64,000 nt of DNA from Takakia lepidozioides (lineage: Eukaryota; Plantae; Bryophyta). This document shows positions 24,260 to 35,715 of the stretch, piece by piece (positions within the stretch are counted from its first letter, which is position 1; each line of letters opens with the position of its first letter). The stretch is from positions 9,300,001 through 9,364,000 of the forward strand of contig CM060732.1 of assembly GCA_030704615.1 (NCBI GenBank), read 5' to 3'. The notes below the pieces were generated by a model that worked only from the letters and a program-made list of their open reading frames with translations, had not been told where the DNA came from and made no database searches. The position numbers and the translations under genes were made by a program.

Positions 24260-27200
24260 CCCCAGGCCCCAAACCCGGAGCATACAAGCGATTTGGCGGT
24301 CCTGGTGGGCTGCCGGAGAACCCCCCTGCAACAGACGTCATGTCGGAGGCGGATATGAAGTTGGCCGCTGCCAAGATGTTGGAGGCAACCCACAGCAACA
24401 TTGGCAGGGTCTTGGGGGGCATGGTGTACCCAGCCAAGCTTCGGATTCTCCTTTGCCGCTTGGTTTCATTGCAGGTGGTGAAACCTGCCCTCCCAGGCAA
24501 TATCGACAAGCTGAATTTCTCTTTCCGGGAGGGATATCAAATGGGGTCTGCCGCGTTTTACGTTTCCATGGAGAACGACCACGGAGCTTCTCGTGCCCAC
24601 ACTTCCGATGAGGTGGACAAATGGGGTCCCCATTGGCAAAGGCAAAATGAGGAGTTCGAGAGATTGATTGCTACTGATCCTCTTTTCCAGCACTTGTCCG
24701 GAAAGATGTTTTACGTGTGGGACGGCAATCATCGCCTCCTGGCGTGGATGGAGTACATAGCCCACCCCAACGACCTGCATTGGCATTTCGCCATGGAGTG
24801 TGTTGTGCTGAAGATTGTGGGGCCCAAAGATCGCAGTCTTCTCAAAGCGGCAATGGCAGACATCAACTCGTAAGTTACAATGCTTCTTGCTTTGGAACTT
24901 TGAATTTGAAACAGTCATTTCATTGCCAATCGTCATATTTGTTGCAAATTCTCATTTCTGTATTGTTTAATGGAAATGTGGCATTGCAGGGTGACTGAGA
25001 ATGCCTTCATTGCCACCAACTTGTCCCATATGCTCTTCCGAAGAGTTTGCCAATTTGCTCAGTGCCGACCTCCTGCGCAAGTCGGAGGCAAAGGCAGACA
25101 GAACCTGGTATAGGCTGAGCATGGATGCCATGGTGGACTACATATTTCGGGTAAAGCTCCTAACTATTTTGTTGAGCTAATCTGTCTCTCCTCCCCCAAT
25201 AGAAGAAAAAGCGTTGAGCAGGATCTCTAATCTTATGTGCGCATTCTTGACAGACAAAAATTCAGCAGGATTTGGCACATGCGCGGAGGTTGTACATGGA
25301 GTCAGAGGAGAAGAAACTAACCCTCTCGGCACTGGAATCGTATCTCAAAGCTGCGGAGGCGAAGGCCCGCATCAAGTACAAGTTGCGGATGGTAAAGTAC
25401 GTGGCCATAGCTAATCCCGCCCTTGGTGCCGATTTTTTGGTGGAGGTGGGGAAGCACTACTCCTGCGCTCTAAAGCCCACAATGACATTGGAGAAGTTGC
25501 ATCGTCTAGCCACATCCTGTGTGGATGCAACAGAAAAGGTTATACATTCTTAACCAAATTGTCGTGGCAGCAATTCATTTTTGTGGTGTTTGGCGCTTAC
25601 TAATATGCTGGGTGGTTGGACAGACCCGGTGGCTCCAAATCTGGAATGGTTCCCAAAGTACAAAGGACATGTGGAGCTTCCCCAAACCCGACAAACTGTC
25701 CGACCCCACATTCGACATGTAGATGAACCGCATGACATGGTGGTTTCAGGTACTTTCCCACGCTTCATTTGGGGCGTCTACTCTTGTATCGGATGGATTT
25801 ATTGTATTTTTTTAGGAAAGCGGTCTGATGGAGAATCTCCACAGGTGACGACGAATGCGCAAGAGCAGCTTGACACACAAGCACATCAGTTCAAGCTGGA
25901 GACTTCTGGTGAAGCAGAGAGCCTACGCGACTATGAGACGAGGTACTTTCTGCTCTACAAAACCGACCTATTCTTTCGAGAGATACCCCATGCCCGCCGA
26001 AGCCATGAGTTCACCGACCAGCCGAACGCGGACAAAGCGGCAATGCGCCTTCTGTACAGGTACATACGTTGTGCCTTTCTTTTTAGTCCCAACATTTCGA
26101 GGATGTAAGAGGCCTTATGTGGCGCATGAAAATTAGTTGTGGTCCTTGGAAAAATGGCGCCAAATTTCCGAATTCGGGCCCTGGGGGATGGCTGTCCAGG
26201 GTGTGGTTGGCATTCAGTCTGGAAATTCGGCGCCATTTTTCCAGTTGCAGGCCCAGTCAGATCTGGGACTTAGCCATTCTCGGCCCAAACCTGGGAAAAT
26301 GGCGCCGAATTTCCAGTTCAGGGCCCCGAAAATGGCTAAGTCCCTGAGGTGGCTGGCACCGAATCCGGAAATTCGGCGCCATTTTTCCAGTTCCGGGCAC
26401 AGTCAGCTCAAGGACTTAGCCATTTTCGGGCCCAACCTGGGAAAATGGCGCTGAATTTCCAGTGCAGGGCCCCGAAAATGGCTGTCCCTAGTGTGGCAGG
26501 CACCGAAACCGGAAATACAGCGCCATTTTTCCAGTTCTGGGCCCAGTCAGTTCTGGGACTTAGGCATTATCGGCCCAAACCAGGGAAAATGGCGCCAGTT
26601 TTCCAGTTGAGGGCCCCAAAAATGGCCAAGTCCTTGGGGTGGCTGGCACCGAAACTAGAAATTCAGCGCCATTTTTCCACTTCCGGGCCTAGTCAGTTTG
26701 GCGTCTATTCGGCGTGTATTTTGTAGTTTCATTCCCTAAAATTTACCTCGTTCCCGGGACCTCATTCTGTGTGTTTCTTGAATGCAGGTACTGCAAGTTC
26801 TCCCTTTTGGAGAAAGGTCATCTGTCCTTCGAGCCGCCATTCTTCCTCGCATGGAGGAACCTTGGGGCTGACTCCATGTACACTGACGTTATCGTGAAGG
26901 AGTGGCATCTGGAACATTTGCGCGACTGCCCTTGGTATGTGGACCTTCCGCCCGGCTCGCTCGACTCATCCGAGTTTCAATTGAAGCTGGATGCTGGGGC
27001 TCGACGAAATCGGGCTCCGCTGCCTCCGCTGGGTCCAAAGGAGGCGAGAGCACTTGCCAAGTCCAGGAAAGCGGCAGAGCTTGCTCAAGCAGGTATTCAA
27101 GAGAAATTGAATGAGAAGAATAAAGGACAAAAGAAAAGGACACGGAAACAGGGGAGTACAGTAACCCCCAAAAAATAGAAAACCACCGGGGCACCAGAGG

Positions 27201-27530
27201 CGGCGCAGGAGGGGCCCCAAGGGAGTGACTCCGACAACGACTTTGTGCAAGGTCCTGCGACTGCTGCTGCTGCTACAAAGTCACCGGTCGTCCGGGTTCC
27301 CAAGTCAGTTCGGACTGGGACTGGCTTTGCCAAGAAGTTGGCATTTGAGGGCGAGCCTACACGGCGGTATTTGGCGGTGACGTTTCCGCAGAGGCCAAAG
27401 CTAGAACCCCCAACCATCATCCAATGTGTCAATGAGAGCTTCCTTGACGCTCTGGCTGCCAGGGCGAAGAAGGTGGCACACAACAAGTCTGTGGAGGAGC
27501 AGAAGGGGAAAGCCAAGAAGAGGGCTGTCG
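24260..27530 (+). pseudogene. Subfamily D ParB-MTase gene, exons 2-7 (truncated before the MTase domain)
   Basis: KMFYVWDGNHRLLAW at ~24704-24748; intron positions match B; stops at 25720 and 27176; cut by Gypsy sequence at ~27530. Confidence 0.87.
26150..26680. repeat. Subfamily D motif array inside intron 26060-26787
   Basis: Eight GGCGCC-type cores alternating in orientation every 72-74 bp (~145-bp unit). Confidence 0.9.
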
Positions 27531-27630
27531 CGGCCCTTTGCCTTGAGGGCAGGGGGTCGGGTCGCAGAGGGGCTGCCCCTGTGGTGGGGGCGGTGGCAGC
27601 AATAGGTACGGGGGGCTGAAGCAACCTCGA

Positions 27631-28191
27631 GTGCCCAAAGCACTCGAGGAGGCGGAGGCACTCACTAGGTGGAGCCCCGCACACCGGGTTGCGGTGGGGG
27701 TGGCTCCACAAGTCATGCCCATGGCTTTCGAGAACCTTGCCATTGCACAACATCGTGATACGTTGAGGTATGCTACCATACGTGGTGGGGGCTATTGTCC
27801 TGGGGTTCGGAGATTTAACCCTGGTGACTATGTCTATCTGCAGCAGACTGCTCCTACGACCTTGGATGTGACTGCAGGACGGGTTATTTTGAGGGTTCGA
27901 GAGGTATTGCCCTCAGGTGTCTTGATCTTGGAGGGTCGGGATGGCATAACTTGGAAGGACCATGTGCGTAATTATGCGCCATGTCACCTTCCAAATGTCG
28001 ATGGCAGGATTGACCCAAACCTGGCAGTGGTACCTGCAAGTTTGAGGTGCATGTTGTGTGGGTCTGCTAGAGGGGTAGCCACCATGCTGGTGTGTGATCG
28101 ATGCTCTAGAGGTTGGCATATGGGATGCTTGACTCCACCTCTTGAGATGGTTCCTGGTGGGGATTGGTTATATCCGCATTGCATTGGATAG
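27631..28191 (+). mobile_element. Ty3/Gypsy integrase C-terminus with PHD finger
   Basis: NLAIAQHRDTLRYA...RRFNPGDYVYL, then CMLC-x9-CDRC-x4-H-x2-C...VPGGDWL (PHD pattern); followed by a purine tract at 28441 and an LTR beyond element B. Confidence 0.75.
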
Positions 28192-29298
28192 TGGGAGTAG
28201 ATACAACCATGGGAGGCTAACAAGAAATGCAAGGCCAAGCTACTAGGAGACCTTGAACACACGAGCTCCTGGCTCAAGTTCACAGATTGCAAGACGGCGA
28301 CTAACAATGGGGCTACTCTTGTACCCGGCCTCTTGGTCTATAGAGTTTGAGTACAATAGGGACAGTGATAGAGGACTTTGTACGGCTGTGGCTATTACAT
28401 CTTGTAGCTATCTGAAGTTAGAGGGACCTATCCACCATCTAGGGGGGAGGTTTACTATTTCATGAGCAGAAACCATGAGCCATGAGCCATGAGCCGCATG
28501 AGCCGCATGAGCGGTGAGCCGAAGTCTAAGATACGCGGATTTCATGAGCGGACTCCTCCAAATTTGGAAATGCGGCAGATTAAACAAGTATTAAAATAAT
28601 AGTTTTTTAATTTGACCTTGCCGTTTTTGGACGTTCCAGATCATGTAATGCGGCGAAGATATGTCGTCAGTAACAAGTCCGCTCATGGTTTTATAGATCC
28701 GCTCATGGAAATAAGTGACCGTGCAACGGGAAATCCAGTATACCACTGCAAAAGGACGTCGCATACTGGCCTGTATAGAGTATTCCGCGGTTTTACATGC
28801 CTTAACATTGGAATGAAGCTGACCCTTTTGCCGCGATTGAACCAATGGAGTCTGCACCAATACAGTCTGCAGTACTTCACAATTCTGTCTTCTTCGGGTA
28901 TTCGGCGGGAAAGGTTTGCAACTGAACTGGGAAATAGGGTGCCGCATTAGGGTTCGCACGTGCGAAATTTCGGAGCGGTTTGGTGTTGGCGAAGGCCGCC
29001 TCTGGGGGTACCTACGACGATACTTGGAAATTCGGCGCCGCATTTCCTTGTCGGAGGTCGAATGAGGAGAGCAAGTTTTCGGAAAGCAGAAAAACATGAA
29101 CCCTCCAACATACAAAAATACATGCACGTGGAAACAAGTGAACGATATAGTAATATCTTAGTTCGATCAAAACAGGTTACTGGTAGGCAAGACATATGTC
29201 GGACCTTTCTGTGGCCAGAGTCTGAGGTACTGGCAGCAGTACAGTTCTACTATCCGAAAAGGATGGGCGTACCATTGTATGTGGACCGCAAGCCAAGC

Positions 29299-32200
29299 TC
29301 ACTGGTCCCCTGGATCCATATTCAGAAGAGTGTGAACCTCCTGGGGGCTCAACCCTGGTGCATGTATGAAGTGATGAGTTGTGGAATTACAACGGAGTCT
29401 CTTTAGGTACACGTAGTACAAATGCTTGCAAGGGCAGTATGATGCCCCCTTGTTCGCCATGATCTGGAAGTCGGTGCAATTGCAGGTGGGTAATTCTGAA
29501 ATGGTGATGGTGTACACCTCATTGCGAACAGCTGAGCCCGCCGTGGCCATCTGATACACACGCCCGAATCCTGGTGGGGGCACTTCTGTCGAGCTCTGGA
29601 TTGTACAGTTCATCCGAAGTGCATTCCCCATCCTTGTCTCGTTCACTTTTGAGGGAGGTCGCCGCCTCTTCGGTTTCCCCCAACGGTGTGTAGGATGCTT
29701 AGAGCTGTCGTGTCCCATTGTTCTTGCTCTCACAGGGGTCGGTGGTGGAGGCTGTGGAAGCGGAAATGGTTGTCTGGGGACGTCAGTGCGCTGCACCATC
29801 CGAAATCCTGCGGCGGTAAGGGCGTCGGCCTCAACCTGACTCAGATCGCAGCCTGGTTCCACCGGCCACACCGGGGGAGCCTCTGGCATTGTTTGTATGC
29901 CGTACTTGGGCTTTCCATACACGCAAGTCATAATGTCGTGCCTGCAGAACCAGAACTGGGTGGTTGTCGCCTCCGCAAACTTTGCATGGACAAATCTTCC
30001 TGTAAAAGTAGGAGCAGGGACAGCCCCATCTGGATTCCTCCTTATCATCTCTAAACAACGTTGCCGTGTATCCACACGAATTGCGGAACACCTTCCTCGA
30101 AACGACGGCTTTGTGCGAGCAATTCTCCACTGTGATGCAGACACAGTCGTCTCCACAATGGCTTGGCCATACTGCATAACAGCGGGCGGAATGTGGGGCA
30201 AGGGAGCGGTGGGAATTTGTTGCACGAAATCCCCGGTTGAAGGCGACGGCGATCTGGAATTTCTTGGGCTTCCACTGCTGGAAGACACATTGTGCGGCAA
30301 CATGACGGGACCTCGAGGTGCTGTCCGAATGTTCCTGTCGGATCTCCAGGAATCCTCTTCGCACCCGGGTTCCTCTTCAATCCTCCGCCTGACAGGGCGA
30401 GTCCGGACGTCCCCCTCTAGGTGTTCACCTCTGCGGTGCAGAGGCGTCCCTTTGATCTTCTCTCGCAATGCTGTCGCCCATTTCACTGGATTCTTGGACC
30501 TCGAAGCTGTTCGTACCAACAATTCCTCCCTGTCCGGCCCAAAGCCCCATTGTTTGCCGCTCAGGAACTTGTAGTACGTGGCTTGCTGCATGATTGCTCT
30601 GTCGATGTCCTCCGTTGTGGCCGTGACTACGTCCACCAGATGTGCGGCAGAAGACGCTCGCCAGGAGGAGTGGACCGATTCTGCCATATTCGTGTTCGGC
30701 ATGTCCGTGTCGGAATCCAAGCACCGCTCCTAGAAGGACACAAACAATGGTGAGGGACCAATCGAAATGTCCGTAACAGAAAGACAAATGAACGAAAATG
30801 ACAGCAGCCTACCTCCCGCATGTACTGTCCGAACTGTCGATACCGAAAATGCCACCACCCCAACCAGCTGTGCAATGCTCCCAGATTGGTTGTCTCCACT
30901 GCACCTGACGTGTTCCACCAAGCCTCGATGATAGCAAACTTAACCTCCGCGTCATCAAATGTGGGTGCATCCTTCCACGCCGTACAAAGGACACGGTGTT
31001 CAGCCTGGAATGAGCTAGCAACAAATTTGGTAGTGTAGTGGGATAGACTCTGCATCCAATGGAATCCACAGGATCTCTCTTTCCCCTCCATTGGAACATT
31101 GGGGTCCTCACCGTACACACGCCGCACCGCTGCCCAGTTGGCCTGAGCGTTGTCTGCCATGAATCCCCTGAAATTGGGCTCTGGCAATCCCGCCCTTGCC
31201 ATCTGCTCGTTTATGCCCTCCCACAGATGCATCTCGGACTGTGTGTCCTCCCCTTTCATCTCGCAGATTGCAATCGTCATGAGCCTCTTGGAGTGATAGT
31301 CATAAACATGCGCACCCATAGTCACCCACTGATGGTTTGTAATTCGCTTGATGTGATCAAACATCACCCAAGCATTCGACAAGTTTCCAGTTGTCATGCG
31401 AGTGACCAAGTCGACTCCACTCCCAGGCCCACACGTCGACATTTTGAAAATGTAACAACGATCGGATTCGCTGCCTTGCCCTGGAAACCTGCTACCTTGG
31501 ATGTAGTCATATCCAGTCATTCGTTTCACCTCCAGGATTGAGTACATGTCCGACCCCCTGCCGAACTCCTGCTTGCAAGATACGATGTGATTCCGCACAT
31601 TCGGACTACAAACGTGCGAGACGGACTCCAAGAGGTCACGCATCTCGTCTTCGGTCAAGGGCTCTCGGTCGGAACCATCTTCAGACATGATTTTGCCAAG
31701 AGCAATCTTGTGGGCTGCCTTCAGCTGAATCTGCTTTGGTCTGGCTCCGGGGCTCAATTTCACCTCCTCTTTTATGATGTCGTGTGCTTCCTGCACAGCC
31801 TCACGCATGTTGCCTCTCGCCAAGGGGTGGCAGTGGACCCCAACGTGTATGCAAGCTCTAGTCAAGTCCGGGAGCAAATGGATAACGTAATATTGCTTGG
31901 CTCTGCACATGGACATGCACGTCGGTGGTTCTTTGCAATGTGCACACTTGAAAGAACCCGCAGGAGCTTGGCTGGAGACAATGAATGGATGATGCGTTGT
32001 GCCAGTCCAATCCGTCTCGTTTCTCCGCCCTCCTTTGGAGAGAAAGTGGAAGCAGGTGGGATTGAGGCACCTCAGCTTCCCCGCACAGAGGACATATCGT
32101 ACACGAACACCATCAGCAATTTTCGTGCTACTGGTCTTCGTCACACACCAGGGGTGTCCGTCATGCTTTCGATCCATGTCTGTTAACATCCCGGAGGCTT

Positions 32201-32906
32201 TCTTTGACGAAGAAACAGGTGGAAACTCGAAGATGACATTGCCATCGACTTCGGGAGGCAGAAACGTTACCTTTCTGACTGGGAATTTGGCATAGTCGAG
32301 AGCAGCCAGCTCGGAGCGAGAACCATCGAGGTGATGTTGTCGTAGGAGCTGCACAATGGACCGGGTTGGAGTTATGCTCGAGGGCACATGCGTAGCACCT
32401 ACAGAGACGTCCATGCCGGATTTGAACGACCGTGTGGAGGACATGGGTACCTCAATGCAATCATCTTCCTCGTCGGAAATGTCGAATACGTCCACACGAG
32501 AAGCTATGGAGGGTCTTGACGGTCCAGGTCGGGAATGATTATCGTTGCATACCTCTCTGTTGGCAGTGGCCGCCTCTCGGTTTCCGGACTCCTTTGTGGA
32601 TGGTGTGGGCAGCGACTGATTCGGAAAGGGAATGGGCATTCCCACAGCTCGGTACAGGATGGTGTCTGACGGGGGAACGTGCCATTCGATTCCGCAACCT
32701 CCGTCGTTACCTAGCACGACAATGGTCTCGTCAACCTGTCCAGGAACATCCTTCCTTTCTTCTTCCAAATAAACTGTGCCCGGTTTGAGCTTGAATTTGG
32801 AACAAAGGTAAGTTTCAGTCACTCTGCAAAGTCCTCCCTCGTTTGGGATCCAGGCTCTCCCAAGTTGCGGAGGACAGCAAACTATAGCGTAGGAATTCGG
32901 AGCCAT
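29299..32906 (-). CDS. MULE-family DDE transposase, ~1174 aa, 2 exons (32906-30813, 30729-29299)
   Basis: GCM/WRKY-like C/H cluster (CAGKLRC..CAHC..C..GVHCHP); MULE core MFDH...FMADNAQANWAAV...CGFHW...TNMAESVH; C-terminal SWIM CNC-x13-CKH; GT-AG intron 30812-30730 keeps frame; start chosen by alignment with copies C and D. Confidence 0.9.
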
Positions 32907-33323
32907 CGAACACCGCACGGAGTTGGCAAGTGCGAGGTTCAGTATAGCGACAGACCAAGGCTCACAGGCACCATGCGGAGTCCATCGACGATTGGAAGTC
33001 GCACATTGAAGTGGAAAGTATTGTTTCAAGCTACATGCATGAAGGTGGGAGGTTTGATTCCATAGCCAGTGAGTATGACAATGATGGCCGATTCGGCGAC
33101 GAAATAACATCTCCTGACAGTTTCTCCTGAGGGTGGATCCAGCAGTATTCTCGGTGCAGACAGGAACGTTCGCACTGACAAGTGCCAGGACTGCTGGTTA
33201 AAACGGTCAGACAACCAAGTTGTGCTCATCAAGACTGGCCGCAATTGTGTTGTTTCGGAACAATGCAACCCATTCAGGTTCCAGATTTCCCGTCCCGAGT
33301 GATTCTTTCGATTGCTGGTGGAC

Positions 33324-35284
33324 GGAAATACGGCGCCGCATTTCCGTATTGCATCTTGGTCATGCACCAGAGCGACGGAAATGCGGCACCGAGTTTCCGT
33401 CCGGGGGAAACCTTTATACTCTCCAGAACGGAAATGCGGTAACGCATTTCCATCCAGCAAGCACGGTATGTGAAGGTGGAACGGAAATGCGGTACCGCAT
33501 TTCCATCCAGCAAGCACGGTATGTGAAGGTGGAACGGAAATGCGGTACCGCATTTCCGTTCTGATTGAGAATTATGAACAACGGGAACAGAAATGCGGCA
33601 CCGCATTTCCGTCCGAGTCGCACTTTTCCGACATTTCAGAACGGAAAAGCGGCGCCGCATTTCCATTTTGTATCTGATGCATGGAGCTGAGGGATAGAAA
33701 TGCTGCAGCACATTTCCGTCCTTAAAAGACATTCATACTCTCCAGAACGGAAATGCGGTACCGCATTTTCATTCAACAAGCACGGTATGTGAAGGTGGAA
33801 CGGAAATGCGGTACCGCATTTCCGTTCTGATTGAGATTTACGAACAACGGGAACAGAAATGCGGCACCGCATTTCCGTCCGAGTCGCACTTTTCGACATT
33901 CCAGAACGGAAATGCGGCGCCGCATTTCCATTTTGTATCTGATGATGGAGCTGAGATAGAAGCTGCAGCACATTTCCGTCCAGACATTCATACTTCCAGA
34001 ACGGAAATGCGGTACCGCATTTCCGTTCTGATTGAGATTTACGAACAACGGGAACAGAAATGCGGCACCGCATTTCCGTCCGAGTCGCACTTTTCGACAT
34101 TCCAGAACGGAAATGCGGCGCCGCATTTCCATTTTGTATCTGATGCATGGAGCCGAGTGCGATTCCGACAGCTTCATACAGCGCAATTCCGACCGCTTGA
34201 GACATTCATACTATCCAGAACGGAAATGCGGCAACGCATTTCCGTTCTGACTGAAAATCGTGAACCATCTGAACTAAAATGCGGCACCGTATTTCCATCC
34301 GAGTCGCACCTACCAACATTCCAGAACGGAAATGCGGTACCGCATTTCCGTTCTGACTGAAAATCGTGAACCGTCGGAACTGAAATGCGGCAACGCATTT
34401 CCATCCGAGTCGCACTTCCCAACATTCCAGAACGGAATGTATTAGATTCAAAAGGGAAATGCGGCACCGCATTTCCGTTCTGATGAAATATCCTGAAACC
34501 TCGGAACTGAAATGCGGTACCGCATTTCCGTCGGAGTCGCACCTTCCGACATTCCAAAACGGAAATGCGGCGCCGCATTTCCGTTTTGTATGTGAGGCAT
34601 GGAGCTGTGGAACGAAAATGCGGCACGGCATTTCCGCCAGCGTCAGACGTTAATACTCTACAGAACGGAAATGCGGTACCGCATTTCCATTCTGACTGAA
34701 AATCGTGCGCAACGGGAACAGAAATCCGGCACCGCATTTCCGTTCGAGTCGCACCTTCCGACATTCTAGAACGGAAATGCGGCGCCGCATTTCCGTTTTG
34801 TATATTGGGCCTGGAGCTGTGCTACGAAAATGTGTACCGCATTTCCATCCATGTGAGACCTTCAAACTTTCCGGACCGGAAATGCGGCACCGCATTTCTG
34901 TCCAGGTGAGACCTCTATACTTTCCCGAACGGAAATGTGGCACGGCATTTCCATTCATCATCTAACGTATGTGAAGTGGGAACGGAAATGCGGTACCGCA
35001 TTTCCGTTCACATTGAAAATCATGAACCACGGGAACTGAAATGTTGTGCCTCATTCCCGTCCCAATCGCACCTTTCGACATTCCAGAACGGAAATGCGGC
35101 GCCGCATTTCCCTTTTGAATCTCATACTTGGAGCTGTGGGACGGAAATGCGGCACCGTATTTCCGTTCAACAACTAAGGTATGTGAAGGTGGAACGGAAA
35201 TGCGGTGCCGCATTTTCTTCCAACAAGTACGGATGTGTAGCTTCGTGATGGTACTTAACGGAAATGCGGCGCCGCATTCGCATT
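33324..35284. repeat. Intergenic palindrome array of copy B (~35 copies, ~53-bp period, ~210-bp higher-order unit)
   Basis: GGAAATGCGG(CG/TA/CA/TG)CCGCATTTCC repeated, with spacers related to one another. Confidence 0.95.
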
Positions 35285-35715
35285 TTCGCTCCAACTCATC
35301 AGACGCTGGGACGGAAATACCTTGAAATGTGAACACGTGGAGCAACGGAATTGCTGCACATGTCGGCACTCTATCTGACTGAAGGGGCATGAGGCGGCGC
35401 GGCCTGACCGTTCGATAATGATGTTTGTTTTTCGGACGGCAGGCGTACCCTCAACGATTCGAATTTCGTAATGACGCAAACTCCCGAGGAGACACTTTCG
35501 TCCAACCCTTTCGAACCCAAGTGGTGCATCACCGCCGTTTCATCTACTTTTGTCGTGTCTCCTCAGTCACCCCTCTCGCGCCCTTTCCATCTGCACTCTT
35601 TGGCCCTTTTCCTCTCTCTGTTCTTCTTATGCTCGAACCTGAGAGGGGGGGAGTTCGTGCACCAGCCAGGAGACCTCGTCGCAAGCTCCGGAAATTATAC
35701 TTCGGACGTAGGCCA

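Noticed and set aside
29299-32906. Zisupton/KDZ assignment (8-bp TSD, SWIM)
   Set aside because: The core motifs D..AxxxAV, CxFH and TNxxES fit MULE better; TSD length is ambiguous because of the G-run.
33324-35284. CRISPR array (palindromic repeat plus ~30-bp spacers; also 10472-12180 and 58728-60360)
   Set aside because: Spacers are related to each other in higher-order units, repeats are degenerate and also occur singly in introns, there are no cas genes, and the context is eukaryotic.
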